From the NCBI GenBank assembly GCA_964016885.1, contig OZ024751.1:10292001-10356000 (forward strand): a stretch of DNA of 64,000 nucleotides. Reading direction: 5' to 3'. Below are positions 12,602-25,938 of the stretch, piece after piece. The stretch comes from Eledone cirrhosa (Eukaryota). Every line of letters begins with the position of its first letter. Positions within the stretch are counted from its first letter, which is position 1. Made by a program: the position numbers and the translations under genes. Under the pieces are notes generated by a model, which was given only the letters and a program-made list of their open reading frames with translations, was not told the origin of the DNA and made no database searches.

Positions 12602-14119
12602 GGCAAATCTCTAAATCCATTTTTTTATTTTAATATCTTATTTAACCCTTTAGCATTTACATTACTCTATATATACAATTGTATATTGAATCTATGAAAT
12701 TTTGATATTCATTTTGAGAACAATACCTTAACATCACTATGAGCAGGCAGATACAGCCAGTTTGAACAGAAAGAGGTGAGAAAATTATGGCCAGATACAA
12801 CTGGTTCAAATGCTAAAGGGTTAACATAGTAAATTCATGATATTGCTCCAACATCAGAGATGGTGTTGCTACTAAACTACAATCACAGACAGAATAAAAA
12901 AAAATGTTCTACCTGGTTGAATTACTAAGATACACACACTGATCCACTGTATCCTCTTTCTCTACCTTTTCTGTTATTACTACAACAATAGCCCCTGTTC
13001 TTCTGAACTAATTACATACCAGCTCCATCCAGGCCCATTCTAAACGTCCGATTCTCTCTTATTTTCCACTCAACGTTACTGTTTCTCATTGCCTAAGACC
13101 TTTACTAACCATTTTCCCCCAAACCCTTCTTCCCAAAATGACAACTCTGAGGAATTCCTTTTCTGCCCACATTTTTTGCTTTTCCTACAGATAGATATTG
13201 ACTTACAGATATGTTCAAGCTTAATATGTTGTATCATCTATCAGGGTTGACAATATTGATTTAGCTGTCCAATCAACTGGATATCCTACAAATTAAATTC
13301 CTATTTAAGTGGTCAAGGAGAGTCGCTCCAGGTAGAGCCGCTACTTCTCCAAACTGAACAATCACAGCTCCGATATTATGGGCATGTGGTTAGTTAAAAT
13401 GTCTCAGGAAAGAATCGCTGGACAGATCCTTTGGATTAAACCAACCGGCAGGAGACCCAGGGGTAGACCCTGAACAAGATGGTTGGATAACCTCCATGAG
13501 ATTCGCTGCTCTCAATTGGGGATTTATCCAGAACAGTTGGAGATGGTTGCTTCAGACAGGACCTGCTGGAGAGTTTGATGACTCTCTCAGGAATGAGTGG
13601 GTGAAGAAGAAGTGGCCAAGTATTCCACCAACATTACAGGTACAAACTAACAGGCAGATGTCCACATAATTTCCACCTACCCATTTTCAGTTCAGTTTCC
13701 ACCTACCCGCAAATGTTTTTGAAAAATCATCCTGAAAAATTTCCCAAAAAATTTGTGCACTTTTTTCAAGAATTTTTCTCAAAATTTTGTCAAAATTTTC
13801 ATAAAAATTTCATTAAAAATTCTCTCAAAAACATTTCCCCAAAAATTTCTAATAAAAATTTTTCTGAAAATTTTTTTTTCAATTTTCTAAAATTACAGCC
13901 AAATTTTTTCCAAAGGTTTCACCAAAAATTCTAAAAAATTTTCAACCATTTTCCTCAAACTTTTCCAAAACATTTTATCAAAACTTTCAATACTATGAAA
14001 CTTACCAGATTTGGGTAAGACCTGCAAAGACACTTCTCGATCAAACCATTTATAAATGTGAAATTAATACAGAATTGATTATAAAAGTCAAAGAAGTTAA
14101 TTTAACTGAAGGGTTTTAC

Positions 14120-14285
14120 CTTTCTCTCTTAATAAACAGCTGTAGATCTCCAAATCTCCTCGTAGTTCAGCAATTTTCAGTGGAGTCAAGTTAAATACAT
14201 TTAAGGCATTGATGTCAGCCCCAGCATCAAGGAGGGTGGCAACAATGTCTTTGAAGCCTTTCTCCACAGCAACATGGAGCGGTGT
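14120..14285 (-). CDS. Lrrk: Lrrk-like coding exon 3 (ankyrin repeats)
   Basis: ttgtag|ACACCG...GAAAG|gtaaaa. Encodes TPLHVAVEKGFKDIVATLLDAGADINALNVFNLTPLKIAELRGDLEIYSCLLREK, a canonical ankyrin repeat. 166 nt, phase 0 to 1. Confidence 0.93.
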
Positions 14286-15524
14286 CTACAACAGAAGGGA
14301 TACAAATTGAAATAGCCTAACATTTCACACAACTCCATATGTGTGTGTGTGTGTGTAAACAAGCTCATGCACGCAAACACATACCTGCACACACATATAC
14401 ATGCACACACACACATACATAAACACACACAAAAACACAGGAACCAATAAGGAAATAAGAACATCAATGTTATAGGCTAGGCAAGACTAGTCTAAGAGGT
14501 TTCATAAGCAATGGCCTTACATTTAACTCTTTTAATAACAAACTGCCTGAAACTGCTTCCCACTGGTTCTAGGATACAAAACTGTTTATTTTAGAGGTTT
14601 TATATTTATCTAAAATCCTTCCATCATAATTTTATGTAAAAACCTTTATGTTCAAATTACCAGCTTAATAATGAGAAAGTTTGGTTTATTACTAAATCCT
14701 TCCAAATCCTTTGAAAACCCTTCATTTGCAATATGCCGATAAAAGGGTTAAACAAAAGCAAAGAAATATTGTAGTAGACTGTAGAAGATATACAGTTCTG
14801 ATAAGAACTGTATAATGATAAATCAGTTATGTGCCTTAACCCTTTAGCATTTACATTACTCTATATTTACTATTGTATTTTCGCATAAAAGGTTTATCTC
14901 ACATAATATCGAATCTATGAGATTTTGATATTATTTATTTTGAGAACAATACCTTAACATCAGTATGAGTAGCCAGTTGTGGCCAGTTTCAACAGAAAGA
15001 TGTGAGAGAATTCTGGCCGGATACAGCCAGTTTAAATGCCTTCTCTAGGTATTATGCCAGCCATGCAGGACCAGGCTTTAACTTGCTGGGGCCCTAAGCT
15101 ATGTGAAATTTGGAGCTCTAATTTTTTTATGATTTAGTGTTAAAGAATAAAAGCTAGGGATAAAAAAATATATTTTTAAAATGAGGACCTCTGAGAATGT
15201 GTGGCCCGAAGCTGTAGCTTATTTAGCTTATACTCTCAGGTCCCAAATAATAAGGGGGGAATAAGCAAGGGGATTGGAATAAGCAGGATGTGGAGATTCG
15301 GCGATTATTTGAGACCCGAGAATAGGTAATTCAAGCACTGCAGTCATGCTTGCTGATGATAAATGTCAAATGTTAGTGATAATGATGACATAAATTTTAG
15401 TTATTGCAGAGACAGCAGATAATGATGATTCCGATGATGATGATATTTCTAAATATGTAAATGTTTTATCAACTTTGTTAAACACGAAATGACCTAATTA
15501 GATCCAGCTATCTTTTAGTAAACT

Positions 15525-17165
15525 TCGCCATTCTGAGTTCAAATCGCGCCAAGGTTAACTTTGCCTTTCATCCTTACGGGGTCGATAAAATAAAGTACCA
15601 GTAATGTACTGGGTGATTGCTGGCCTTGTGCCAAAAGTAGAAACAATTAAATTAGAAAGATAATCTCTTTTTTTTTAACATTCCGTTCATAGAAATTAAC
15701 AATTATCATAATAATTGTTATTATTATTGTTTTGCTGGCCTTGTGCCAAAAGTAGAAACAATTATTATTGTTAGGGTCGTGGTTAGGCAGTATGGGCAGA
15801 ACATTGGACACCCTGCTTCTTGACAGAGTTACACCCCTTTATGATCTGAGTTCAAATCCTGCCAAAGTTAGCTTTGCCTTTCATCCTTACGGGGTCGATA
15901 AAATAAAGCACCAGTGATACACTGGGGTCGATTTAATCGACTTTCCCCTCCCCTTCAAATTGCTGGCCTTGTGTCTAAAGTAGAAACAATTATTATTATT
16001 TTTATTATGCATCTTTACTGCTTTACCGAGCACAGCTCTGTGCGTCTTGGGTATGTGCAGTGTAGTTTTCGCTGGTGCTGTTTCTATTGTATTGATAGTA
16101 CTTTTTGTAATATGTGTGCAGTCCCTAGTGCTATCTTTTGTATGCTGCATATATTTGTAAGTCCTCGGGTTTTGGCTATGTATTTGTATGTGTTTTTTTT
16201 ATCATTCCCAGAGCACCTATTATTATAGGTATTGTTTCAGTTTTCATTTTCCACATTCGAGTTATTTCTATCTCTAGATTTTTATATTTGGAAAGTTTCT
16301 CCACTTCTTTGGAAGATATATTGTCATCTGTAGGGATTAGTACATCTATTAGAATGCATTTTCTTCTTATTATTATCGTTGGATTGGCAGTATCAGTAGA
16401 AGGTCGGACGCCATGCTTTGCAAGCAAAGAGTTACTTCCCTTTACGGACTGAGTTCAAATCCCGCCGAGGTTGACTTTGCCTTTCATCCTTACGGGATCG
16501 ATAAAATAAAGTACCAGTAATGCACTGGGATAATTGCTGGCCTTGTGCCAAAAAGTAGAAACAATTATTATCGTTATTATTATATCAGGGTGGTGGATTG
16601 ACAGTATCTGTAGAGGGTCGGACGCCATGCTTTGACGTATAGAGTTACGGCCCTTGCCATTCTGAGTTCAAATCCCGCCGAGGTTAACTTTACCTTTCAT
16701 CCTTACGGGGTCGATAAAATAAAGTACCAGTAATGCACTGGGATAATTGCTGGCCTTGTGCCAAAAGTAGAAACAATTATTATCGTTATTATTATTTCCA
16801 TTATTGTTTTTATTGCACATCATTACGGCTTTACTGAGCACAGCTCTGTGTGCCTTGGGTATGTGCAGTGTAGTTTTTGCTGATGTTGTTTCTATTGTAT
16901 TGATAGTACTTTTTGTAATATTTGTGCAGTGCCTAATAGTGCTATCTTTTGTATGCTGTATATGTTGTTGTTGTTATGATTGGCAGTATCGGTAGAGGGT
17001 CGGATGCCATGCTTTGCAGCAAAGAGTTACGGCCCTTTATGGTCTGAGTTCAAATCCCGCCGAGGTTAACTTTGCCTTTCATCCTTACGGGGGTCGATAA
17101 AAAAACGTACCAGTAATACACTAGGATAATTGCTGGCCTTGTGCCAAAAAGTGGAAACAATTATT
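15525..17165 (+). mobile_element. Cluster of SINE family A copies interleaved with R4-like fragments
   Basis: Copies at about 15525-15648, 15775-15990, 16380-16568, 16587-16778 and 16978-17162. Confidence 0.88.
16005..16378 (-). mobile_element. R4/Dong- or NeSL-like non-LTR element 3' fragment (restriction-like endonuclease); second piece at 16805-16965
   Basis: CILIDVLIPTDDNISSKEVEKLSKYKNLEIEITRMWKMKTETIPIIIGALG matches the PD..D-K-KY RLE motif. It ends next to a (TAA)n tract. Confidence 0.8.
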
Positions 17166-18433
17166 AATATTATTTTTATTGTGCATCATTACTGCTTTGT
17201 TATTATTACAGATTAGAAGATTCTCTGACAAAATGTCTTGGAGTATGTAATCCTATACCTTTACATGTGGTTGAAGTAGATAAGGTCTGGTGGCTTTCCA
17301 CACAGTTTCAATCTACCTAGTTTTATTCATGAACTACTTAAAGTTATTTTCTTACAAGACATTCAGAAACTGACAATATTACTACCATGAAGTCAACCTG
17401 TAACAGCAACAACATCAGTGACATATTAAGTGAGGAAAAACAATAACATTTATTTTAACCTGTTGATTGCTGCATATATTTTACACAGCTACAGTTGCTG
17501 TGCTGGGGGGGGGGGGGGGGGGGGGGGTCAGTAAAATGACTTTTTTTAAACAAACATTTATTAACCCTTTAGCATTCAAACCGGCCATATCTGGCCATAA
17601 TTCTCTCACTTCTTTCCGTTCAAACTCACCATAACTGGCTGCTTATACTTATTTTAAGGTATTGTTCTCAAAATAGATAATATTAAAATCTCATAGATTC
17701 AATATTATGTCAGATAATTATGTGAAATAAAGCCTTTACCATGAAAATATAATAGTAAATATAGAGTAATGTAAATGCTAAAGGGTTAACAGCACATATC
17801 TGACTGATTGGCAAATGCCACATCAATAAACTAGTAACCCCATTTAGCTTTGAAGTTATGAACTGTTGGAAATGAGTTCATAACTTTGAAGTTATGATTG
17901 TTGGAAAAGAGTTCAAACATGTTAGGGTGAGTTATTTCATCTGTGGCACTGGAAATCATACATCTACAGCACTGAAGAGGTTAAATGGTGTGTTTATGAA
18001 GTAACTGTGAGAGTCCAGCATGGCCTCAGCCTGATAGCTGAACAGGAAAAAGAGTAAAGGCTGAATAAGATAACTCTCATGGAAAGACAAAATGAGGTTT
18101 AATTTTCAACATAGTGCTTGGAAAGAAACAATGCAGTTATTGATAAAAAGAATTGAAATTAATGCATGAAATATTTCACAGCTCTATCATCGCTCTTTCA
18201 TAGTCACCAGGATACTCTCATGGAATGACTAGGATACTCTCATGGAATCACCAAATGAGGTTTATTTTTCAATATATTATCTGGACAGAAACAATTAAAA
18301 ACAAGAGTTGAAATTAATGCATGCAAGATTTCACAGCTCTAGCATCAATCCTTCAAAGTCAGCCTGTGAACTTTTCAGCTGACCCTCGTATAAAGTTACA
18401 ACAGAAATCATAAAATATAAAGAGGCTACTTAC

Positions 18434-18474
18434 ATTGTTGTGACATTTTAGGCCTCCAGGAAGGTTCAAATTAG
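18434..18474 (-). CDS. Lrrk: Lrrk-like coding exon 2 (41 nt)
   Basis: tatttccag|CTAATTTG...AACAAT|gtaagt. Phase 1 in, phase 0 out. Encodes (A)NLNLPGGLKCHNN, completing the ankyrin G-A-x-L-N turn. Not in the ORF track. Confidence 0.82.
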
Positions 18475-18516
18475 CTGGAAATAATAGACATTTGTTATAA
18501 ATTAATTAAAATTAAA

Positions 18517-18828
18517 TTGTTATACTTTGGTAGGGTCATGCTGCCAATAAAACACATGCACCTGTCGGTTTTCACTTCAATTTATTATAAATTTCCAGTT
18601 GGTTGGTTTAATAACCAGATGGTTGTTTATTTATTGTCAAAGCTCTTTCATCAAGATGGTGTAAGTCAGAACAAAGGAAAGACATAAAATAACAAATTAG
18701 TCACTGAGGATGTCACAGAATGTGTGGCAAAAGAGCTTTGACAATAAATAAACAACCATCCAGTTATTAAACCAACCAAGGTGCGCATGTTTTTATTGGC
18801 AACATGACCCTCCCAAAGTATAACAATA
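18517..18828. mobile_element. Fold-back PLE-terminus-derived element with hammerhead motif
   Basis: Inverted arms end in gaccctcccaaagtataacaat, like the PLE end. Plus-strand motif at 18700-18742: GTCA-CTGAGGA-T-GTCACA-GAATG-TGTGGC-AAAAG-AG-CTT-TGAC. The other arm retains GAAAG. Confidence 0.75.
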
Positions 18829-19149
18829 TCTGTTTCAACACACATCTTCAGATAAGGAATCTTGCAAAACAAATACAAAAACGAAATAAAATTAAATAGT
18901 TTCCTCTATCTTTTTCCTACACATATATATAGGTACCTGTGCATGCGCTGATGTATGGGAGTATGTGGTTATGTATATATGTATACATATACACTCCACC
19001 CATGTCCTAAAATGTCACCCTTCACCCATATTCTTACACCCCCACCTTAGACTTACCTTTTCAAACCCCACATTTTTAGACATGCACTGCCCCCACTCCA
19101 GCCTCCAATCCACACACTAAAGTGGTTGTGTTGGTGACATGTCAAAAAG

Positions 19150-19410
19150 TGCCCAGTCCACACTGTAAAGTGGTTGTATAGGTGTCACAATAAAAAGCAT
19201 CCAGTCCACACTGTAAAGTGGTTGTATAGGTGTCACAATAAAAAGAACCCAGTCCACTCTGTAAAGTGGTTGTATAGGTGTCACAATAAAAAGAACCCAG
19301 TCCACTCTGTAAAGTGGTTGTATAGGTGTCACAATAAAAAGCACCCAGTCCACACTGTAAAGTGGTTGTATAGGTGTCACAATAAAAAGCACCCAGTCCA
19401 CACTGTAAAT
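19150..19410. repeat. 48-bp tandem repeat derived from the SINE-B interior
   Basis: ccagtccacactgtaaagtggttgtataggtgtcacaataaaaagcac, about 5 copies. Confidence 0.9.
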
Positions 19411-19672
19411 GGGGTTGTAATTAGGAAGGGCATCCAGCCATAGAAACCAAGCCAGACACAGATCTGTATGAGAGTGAGAAAGAGATATAGAGGAAGAATT
19501 GATCCCAGTACTTGACTGGTACGTTTTTTATCAACCTAAAATGGATGAAAGGCAAAGTTGACCTCAGCGGGATTTGAATTCAGAGAGCAAACAACCAAAG
19601 CAAATACTGCAAAGCATTGTATTCAACATTCTAATGACTCTACCAATTTGCCATCTTAGCTATACCTATACC

Positions 19673-20733
19673 TTCTTCTTCACCTTCTTATTCCATAGAG
19701 GATCGTACGGGCAGAATCCTCAAACACTACTTCCAGCGGGTCCTATCAGGAGCAACCGTCTCCAACTGATCTGGCTGGATCCCCAAGCATGACCAGCTAA
19801 AGCCAAGCTAATGGATGTTATCTAACCATCTTACTTGGGGTCTACCCTTGGGTCTCTTGCCGGTCCCCAAGCATGACCAGCTAAAGCCAAGCTAATGGAT
19901 GTTATCTAACCATCTTACTTGGGGTCTACCCTTGGGTCTCTTGATGGTCCCCACACATGACCAGCTAAAGCCAAGCTCATGGATGTTATCTAACCATCTT
20001 ACTCGGGGGTCTACCCATGGGTCTCTTGCCGGTCCCCAAACATGACCAGCTAAAGCCAAGCTAATGGATGTTATCTAACCATCTTACTCGGGGGTCTACC
20101 CATGGGTCTCTTGCCGGTCCCCAAGCATGACCAGCTAAAGCCAAGCTAATGGATGTTATCTAACCATCTTACTTGGGGTCTACCCTTGGGTCTCTTGATG
20201 GTCCCCACGCATGACCAGCTAAAGCCAAGCTAATGGATGTTACCTAACCATCTTACTCGGGGTCTACTCATGGGTCTCTTGCCGGTCCCCAAGCATGACC
20301 AGCTAAAGCCAAGCTAATGGATGTTATCTAACCATCTTACTCGGGGGTCTATCCATGGGTCTCTTGACGGTCCCCACACATGACCAGCTAAAGCCAAGCT
20401 AATGGATGTTATCTAACCATCTTACTTGGGGTCTACCCTTGGGTCTCTTGATGGTCCCCACGCATGACCAGCTAAAGCCAAGCTAATGGATGTTACCTAA
20501 CCTTCTTACTCGGGGGTCTACCCATGGGTCTCTTGCCGGTCCCCAAGCATGACCAGCTAAAGCCAAGCTCATGGATGTTATCTAACCATGTTACTCGGGG
20601 GTCTACCCATGGGTCTCTTGCCGGTTGGTTTTGCCTGTAAAATATGTCCAGCGATTCTTTCCTGAGACATTCTAACAACATGTCCGTAGTATCAGAGCTG
20701 TGATCTCTCAATTTGGAAAAGTAGTAGCGGCTC
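19673..20733 (-). mobile_element. RTE-like 3' fragment with an internal 84-85-bp unit amplified about 10 times
   Basis: Unit ccccaagcatgaccagctaaagccaagctaatggatgttatctaaccatcttactcggggtctacccatgggtctcttgccggt starts at 19781, 19865, 19949 and so on. The flanks match the second RTE family. Confidence 0.88.
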
Positions 20734-21059
20734 TATAATCAAAATATCTAACTCTTCCCAACACCAGCCATTTAAATATATTTATATTTCTGCTCTACCT
20801 CTGCCATCCACACTACCATGGACTCTGTCAGAATGTTCTAGACATACATATATACAATACTCTCCTTAGCAATAACTAAGTTAATATCCATCACGTCATC
20901 AATGCTTTCTAATTTTCCACGGTTTATGAACACCAATGAACACGATAAAAAAACTGTTATGGTGTCCAATGTCTCTTCATTTATCTCTACAACCATTATT
21001 GTAATGAACACTGTGTGCCAAAATGTGTATATATATATATATATATATGAATGTGTATG

Positions 21060-21152
<93 letters not shown>

Positions 21153-21211
21153 ATATATAAATATATGAATGTGTATGTATATATATATATATATATAAAT
21201 ATATGAATGTG

Positions 21212-21249
<38 letters not shown>

Positions 21250-21311
21250 TATGAATGTGTATGTATATATATATATGTCTATATATATGTATATATATAT
21301 ATATGTCTATA

Positions 21312-21345
<34 letters not shown>

Positions 21346-21441
21346 TATGTATATATATATATGAATGTGTATGTATATGTATGTGTATGTATATATATAT
21401 ATATATATATGAATGTGTATGTATATGTATGTGTATGTATG

Positions 21442-21481
<40 letters not shown>

Positions 21482-23257
21482 GAAAAGATTCAGTACCTCG
21501 ACGGCTGAGCTCTGGCCGTTTCGACATATATGTATATGCATACATATGTATGGATGTATGTATATATATATATATATGTATATATATTATATACATATAT
21601 ATATATATACACACATACACACACTATATATATATATATGCTAGTGTGGAAGATGGATGTTAAACGATGATGATGATATATACATATATATGTATGCATA
21701 TACATATATGTATACATATTTCAGTAAATATATATATACACACACACACACCCTAAATATATTGTGTACATATATGTATGTATTCATCATCATCATCATC
21801 ATCTTCGTTTAACGTCCATTTTCCACGCTAGCATGAGTTATGTGTATGCATGTATGTGTGAGTAAATATATTATATATATACACACACGTATACATCATT
21901 CTCTGAACACGCCTGAATACCAGTCAATAAACCGCCCTCTCTCTCTATCATACCAACAATATCCACTTTAATTTTCAATGGTATAGAAATCTATAGACAT
22001 CTATGAGCATACAAATAAATAATTATTAACAGGACTTCTCTTCCTCTTCCACCATTACTTAACCAATGTCTGCTAAATATAAACTTCGTTTTCCAACTGA
22101 AACTCAAAAATCAATCAATAATTCAGCTTCTTAACTTCATGCCATCAATATTTTCATAACTTTTCAATGATTTATCAACTAAAAAAAAAAAATGTTATGA
22201 TACCCAAATATGTTTCTCGGTGAAAAAAAATGTGTATATGAGATGCATGTATAAATGTGGTGTGTGTATAAATGTTGTGTGTATAAAGGATGTGTGTGTG
22301 TATAAGAGATATGTGTATATGAGATATGTGTATAAGAGATATGTGTATAAAAAATATGTGTATGTGTATAAGTGATATGTGTATATAAAAGATATGTGAG
22401 TGTAAAAGAGATGTGTGTATATTATGTATGTGTAATATTGTGTATGTATAATATTACATATATATAATATTATGTGTGTATATGTGTGTATAAGTTGTGG
22501 ATTTAAGTTGTGTGTATAAGAGTTATGTGTATAAAATATGTGCATATAACTGTGTGTATAATAAGTATATAATAGTATGTGTGTATATATATAATATGTG
22601 TATATAATATGTATGTATAATATTATGTGTATATAAGGTGTGTGTATAAGGTGTGTATATGAAAGTTGTGTGTATAAGAGATATGTCTATAAGAGATGTA
22701 TGTATAAAAGATGTTTATAAGAGATATGTGCATAAAAGATGTGTATAAAATATGTGTGTATACGAGATATGTGTATAAAATTGTGTATAATATTATGTGT
22801 ATAATGTTATGTGTGTATAAAAGATGCCTGGATAATATGTCTATAAAAGAAGTGTATAATATTAGGTATGTATAAAAATATTTTAATAATTTTGATATTT
22901 TGTTTGGACATAAAATGCCTTTAGTTTTTATTTCTACATATCTTACAAAGTTATAAATATTTTTGTTTAGTATTAATCATGAAGACCTGGCATGGTCAAT
23001 AAACCAAATATTGGTTTTAAATTGTGTTTGTGCATATATTTTATATAACATGTATGTGTGTGTACATGCACACACATATATATACACACAAACATACCTC
23101 CATACAAACAAATATATGCATGGAAATACATACCTACACACAAATGCACACACAAGGAGTTTCAAAAGACATTCCCCACCATCAGTTTAAATTCTGCTTC
23201 ACTGCCCATCATGCCAATCAAATATCATATATTAAGTAAATTATATATACATATATA

Positions 23258-23558
23258 TAAATAAAAGATGGCGTAGATATACCATACAACAGGAGGAACA
23301 TAATAGCACCACTGACCATGTTGCAGATGTGCAACGAAAGGACTTTGTTAGACTATATATATGTGTTTATATCTATCTATATTATATCTGTATTTTTGAC
23401 CGTTGGTCAGTCAATGGTAAACATTGAGGACCGAATTAATTAACTGTGGAGATATAAAAGATACAGAAGCGAAAACCAACCAAACACAGTGAGTGTGTTC
23501 TGTTATTATTTCTGGCAATATCATTACAACAATATAACCCTCCCCAAGTATAACAATA
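23258..23558 (+). mobile_element. Solo PLE terminal-repeat copy
   Basis: Colinear with 58708-59006 (atggcgtaga...gttgcagatgtgcaacgaaag...accctccccaagtataacaat). The hammerhead core is mutated to CTGACCA. TA-flanked. Confidence 0.85.
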
Positions 23559-23674
23559 TATATATATACATATATATATATATACTGTAGTAAAATGTTG
23601 GTAGAAATATCCAAGAGTAAGGGCTCTCAGTCCATAGGATGAGTAAAGTATAGTTAGTTACAACAGTAACATAT

Positions 23675-23724
23675 ACAGGTACTTAAGTTTCGTTGGGTTT
23701 TGCACCCCAAATCATTCAGCCTGT
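23675..23724 (-). ncRNA. Type I hammerhead motif (variant core CUGAAUGA)
   Basis: ACAGG-CTGAATGA-TTTGGG-GTGCAAAA-CCCAAC-GAAAC-TTAA-GTA-CCTGT. Stem I is ACAGG/CCTGT, stem III is the palindrome ACTTAAGT, cleavage triplet GUA. Confidence 0.72.
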
Positions 23725-23762
23725 TATAAAAACAACCACCGGAGGACATTTTTGTTTTTATA

Positions 23763-23812
23763 ACAGACTGAATGAGTTGGGGTGCAAATCCCAATGAAAC
23801 TTAGGTACCTGT
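23763..23812 (+). ncRNA. Type I hammerhead motif (variant core CUGAAUGA)
   Basis: ACAGA-CTGAATGA-GTTGGG-GTGCAAAT-CCCAAT-GAAAC-TTAG-GTA-CCTGT. Confidence 0.65.
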
Positions 23813-23835
23813 ATATGTCACTGTTGTAACTAACT

Positions 23836-23878
<43 letters not shown>

Positions 23879-23896
23879 AGTGTGAGAGTGTGTGTG

Positions 23897-23928
<32 letters not shown>

Positions 23929-24377
23929 CGCGTGCGCGTGCGCGTGTGCGTGTGTGTGTGTGTATATATATATTATATACATACATATATATATATATAG
24001 CAGCAGCAGTATTTAGCGTCCACCTCGTTTTTGGACAGAACGGAACTCCTGTTGATGAATTGAATCCTCTGTTTGATCATGGAATACCACAAGCGTGCCA
24101 GTTACGTAAGTCTGATATTTGATTTCGGATTCATAGAAACACTTTAAACGTATAACGTTTAATTTGTCCAGGTGTATCTTTTTTTAACCTGTTAGTTTTT
24201 TCGTTACTTTGGTATTGTGTGTTAGGTTTTGCTTACCACAATGTTCAATTTGTCAAGCTATTTAAACGGATGTTATTACTCTAAGGACCTACCCTTATTG
24301 AGTGCTTTGCTAACTCATTCATATTGTAGGTCGACTTTGCTTGGCCACAGCCAAAGCTTCGATTTTACTAAGCTTCC

Positions 24378-24410
<33 letters not shown>

Positions 24411-24427
24411 GCATAATATATATATTA

Positions 24428-24585
24428 CCAACAACCCAGGATTCTACATACATCTGTACCAAGTGCAGCAAAGACTGTCACTTACGCATCAGTCTGCAGT
24501 CACAGCAGATGATTCCAAAGACTAGCCATAACTCCAGACACATTAAACATGGTCTGCCAAGACTGAGCTGCCACTGAATGAATGA
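24428..24585 (+). mobile_element. RTE-type LINE extreme 3' end
   Basis: TYICTKCSKDCHLRISLQS resembles the RTE C-terminal zinc finger. (TGAA)n tail. Confidence 0.6.
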
Positions 24586-24867
24586 TATATTATATATATA
24601 TATATATTATATATATATATTATATTATATGTATATATCATACATATATATTATAACCATCATGTCAGCTTGGGAGAGAGGAGAGCTTAGTGGGAGGGCT
24701 GTGTAAGGGTGGTGCCAAACCCAATACAGATATTTCCCTGCAGCTACTATGACCAGATCTGCCAATCTCAGATGGGTCACATCAGTCACTAGCATACATA
24801 AATAGAAGGAAAAAGGGACCTGACTTTTAGGTATCTTTGTATCAAAGTCATCACCATTATCATATAT

Positions 24868-25938
24868 CATCATCATCATCATTTTACGTCCGCTTTTCCA
24901 TGCTTGCAAGGGTGGGACGGGTCTTATTCAGCACAGCATCTCTCCACTCGTCACGGTCCCTCGTCATCTCCACCGTGAGCTTCAATGATCTGAGGTCTGT
25001 TCTCACCACCTCCGCCCATGTTTTTCGTGGTCTACCTCTACCACGTCTTCCTTCAACTGGCAATTCCTGGCACTTCTTCACCCATCGGTCTTCCTCCATG
25101 CGCATCACATGTCCATACCACCTCAGTCTCCTCTCCCGTACACTACATTCTATCCATCTCAGAGACAGTTTCTCTCTCAACGCATATAAGCTGGGTCGTT
25201 CATGCACATTTACACTGCACATCCAACGGAGCATGCTTACCTCATTTCTCTCCAGCCGTCGCATGTCCTCTGCAGTTACTGCCCATGTCTCACTACCATG
25301 CAGCATCGCGCTCCTCACACAGGCATCATACAACCGGCCTTTCATACGCAGGGAGAAACCCTTCTTCGCCAACAGAGGAAGCAGCTCCCTAAACTTCTTC
25401 CAACCCGTCCTTATTCTAGATACTATGGCCTCGGAACACCCTCCTCCCATGCTAATCTGATCTCCTAGGTACCGGAAGCTATCCACCACTTCTATAGCGC
25501 CCTCCTGCATTTGAAAAATGTGTCTATCAATGCGACTTCTACTGTCTAATTTCCCTGTACATCTACTGCATACATATTTCTCCCTACCTGTTAGTTTGCC
25601 TGCTATCCCGCTACATCTCTTGTGTACCCAGGATCTGCATTGTGTGCATTTTATAGAATTTATGCCAGTTCCTTTTCTGCATATCGAACATGGCCATTTC
25701 CCTGACGGAATCAGGGTTTTGTCCTCTTTTCTACTCAACACTTTTGTCTTAGTTAGATTCACTCTCAGTCCTCTTGCTTCCAACTGCTGTTTCCATAGCC
25801 AGAATTTATTCTCTAGCTCCTCTACTGATTCTGCTATAAGAACCAGATCGTCAGCATAGAGAAGTTCCCATGGACAGCCAGTCTTAAACTCCTCTGTTAT
25901 GGCTTGGAGGACTATAATGAACAAGAGCGGGCTGAGGA
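24868..25938 (-). mobile_element. RTE-clade LINE, 5'-truncated (RT C-terminal half with Cys/His finger)
   Basis: LSPLLFIIV...LLYADDLVLIA...GLRVNLTKTK...FRYLG...RLRWYGHVMRM...RGRGRPRKTW, ending in a (GAT)n tail. Confidence 0.93.

Larger units (their letters stand above)
23651..23836. mobile_element. Fold-back element with two inverted hammerhead motifs
   Basis: About 85-bp inverted arms. Motifs at 23675-23724 (-) and 23763-23812 (+). Confidence 0.8.

Noticed and set aside
19781-20625. CRISPR-like array (also 55905-56245 and 56575-57150)
   Set aside because: Head-to-tail tandem repeats with no unique spacers, no cas genes, and a eukaryotic context.
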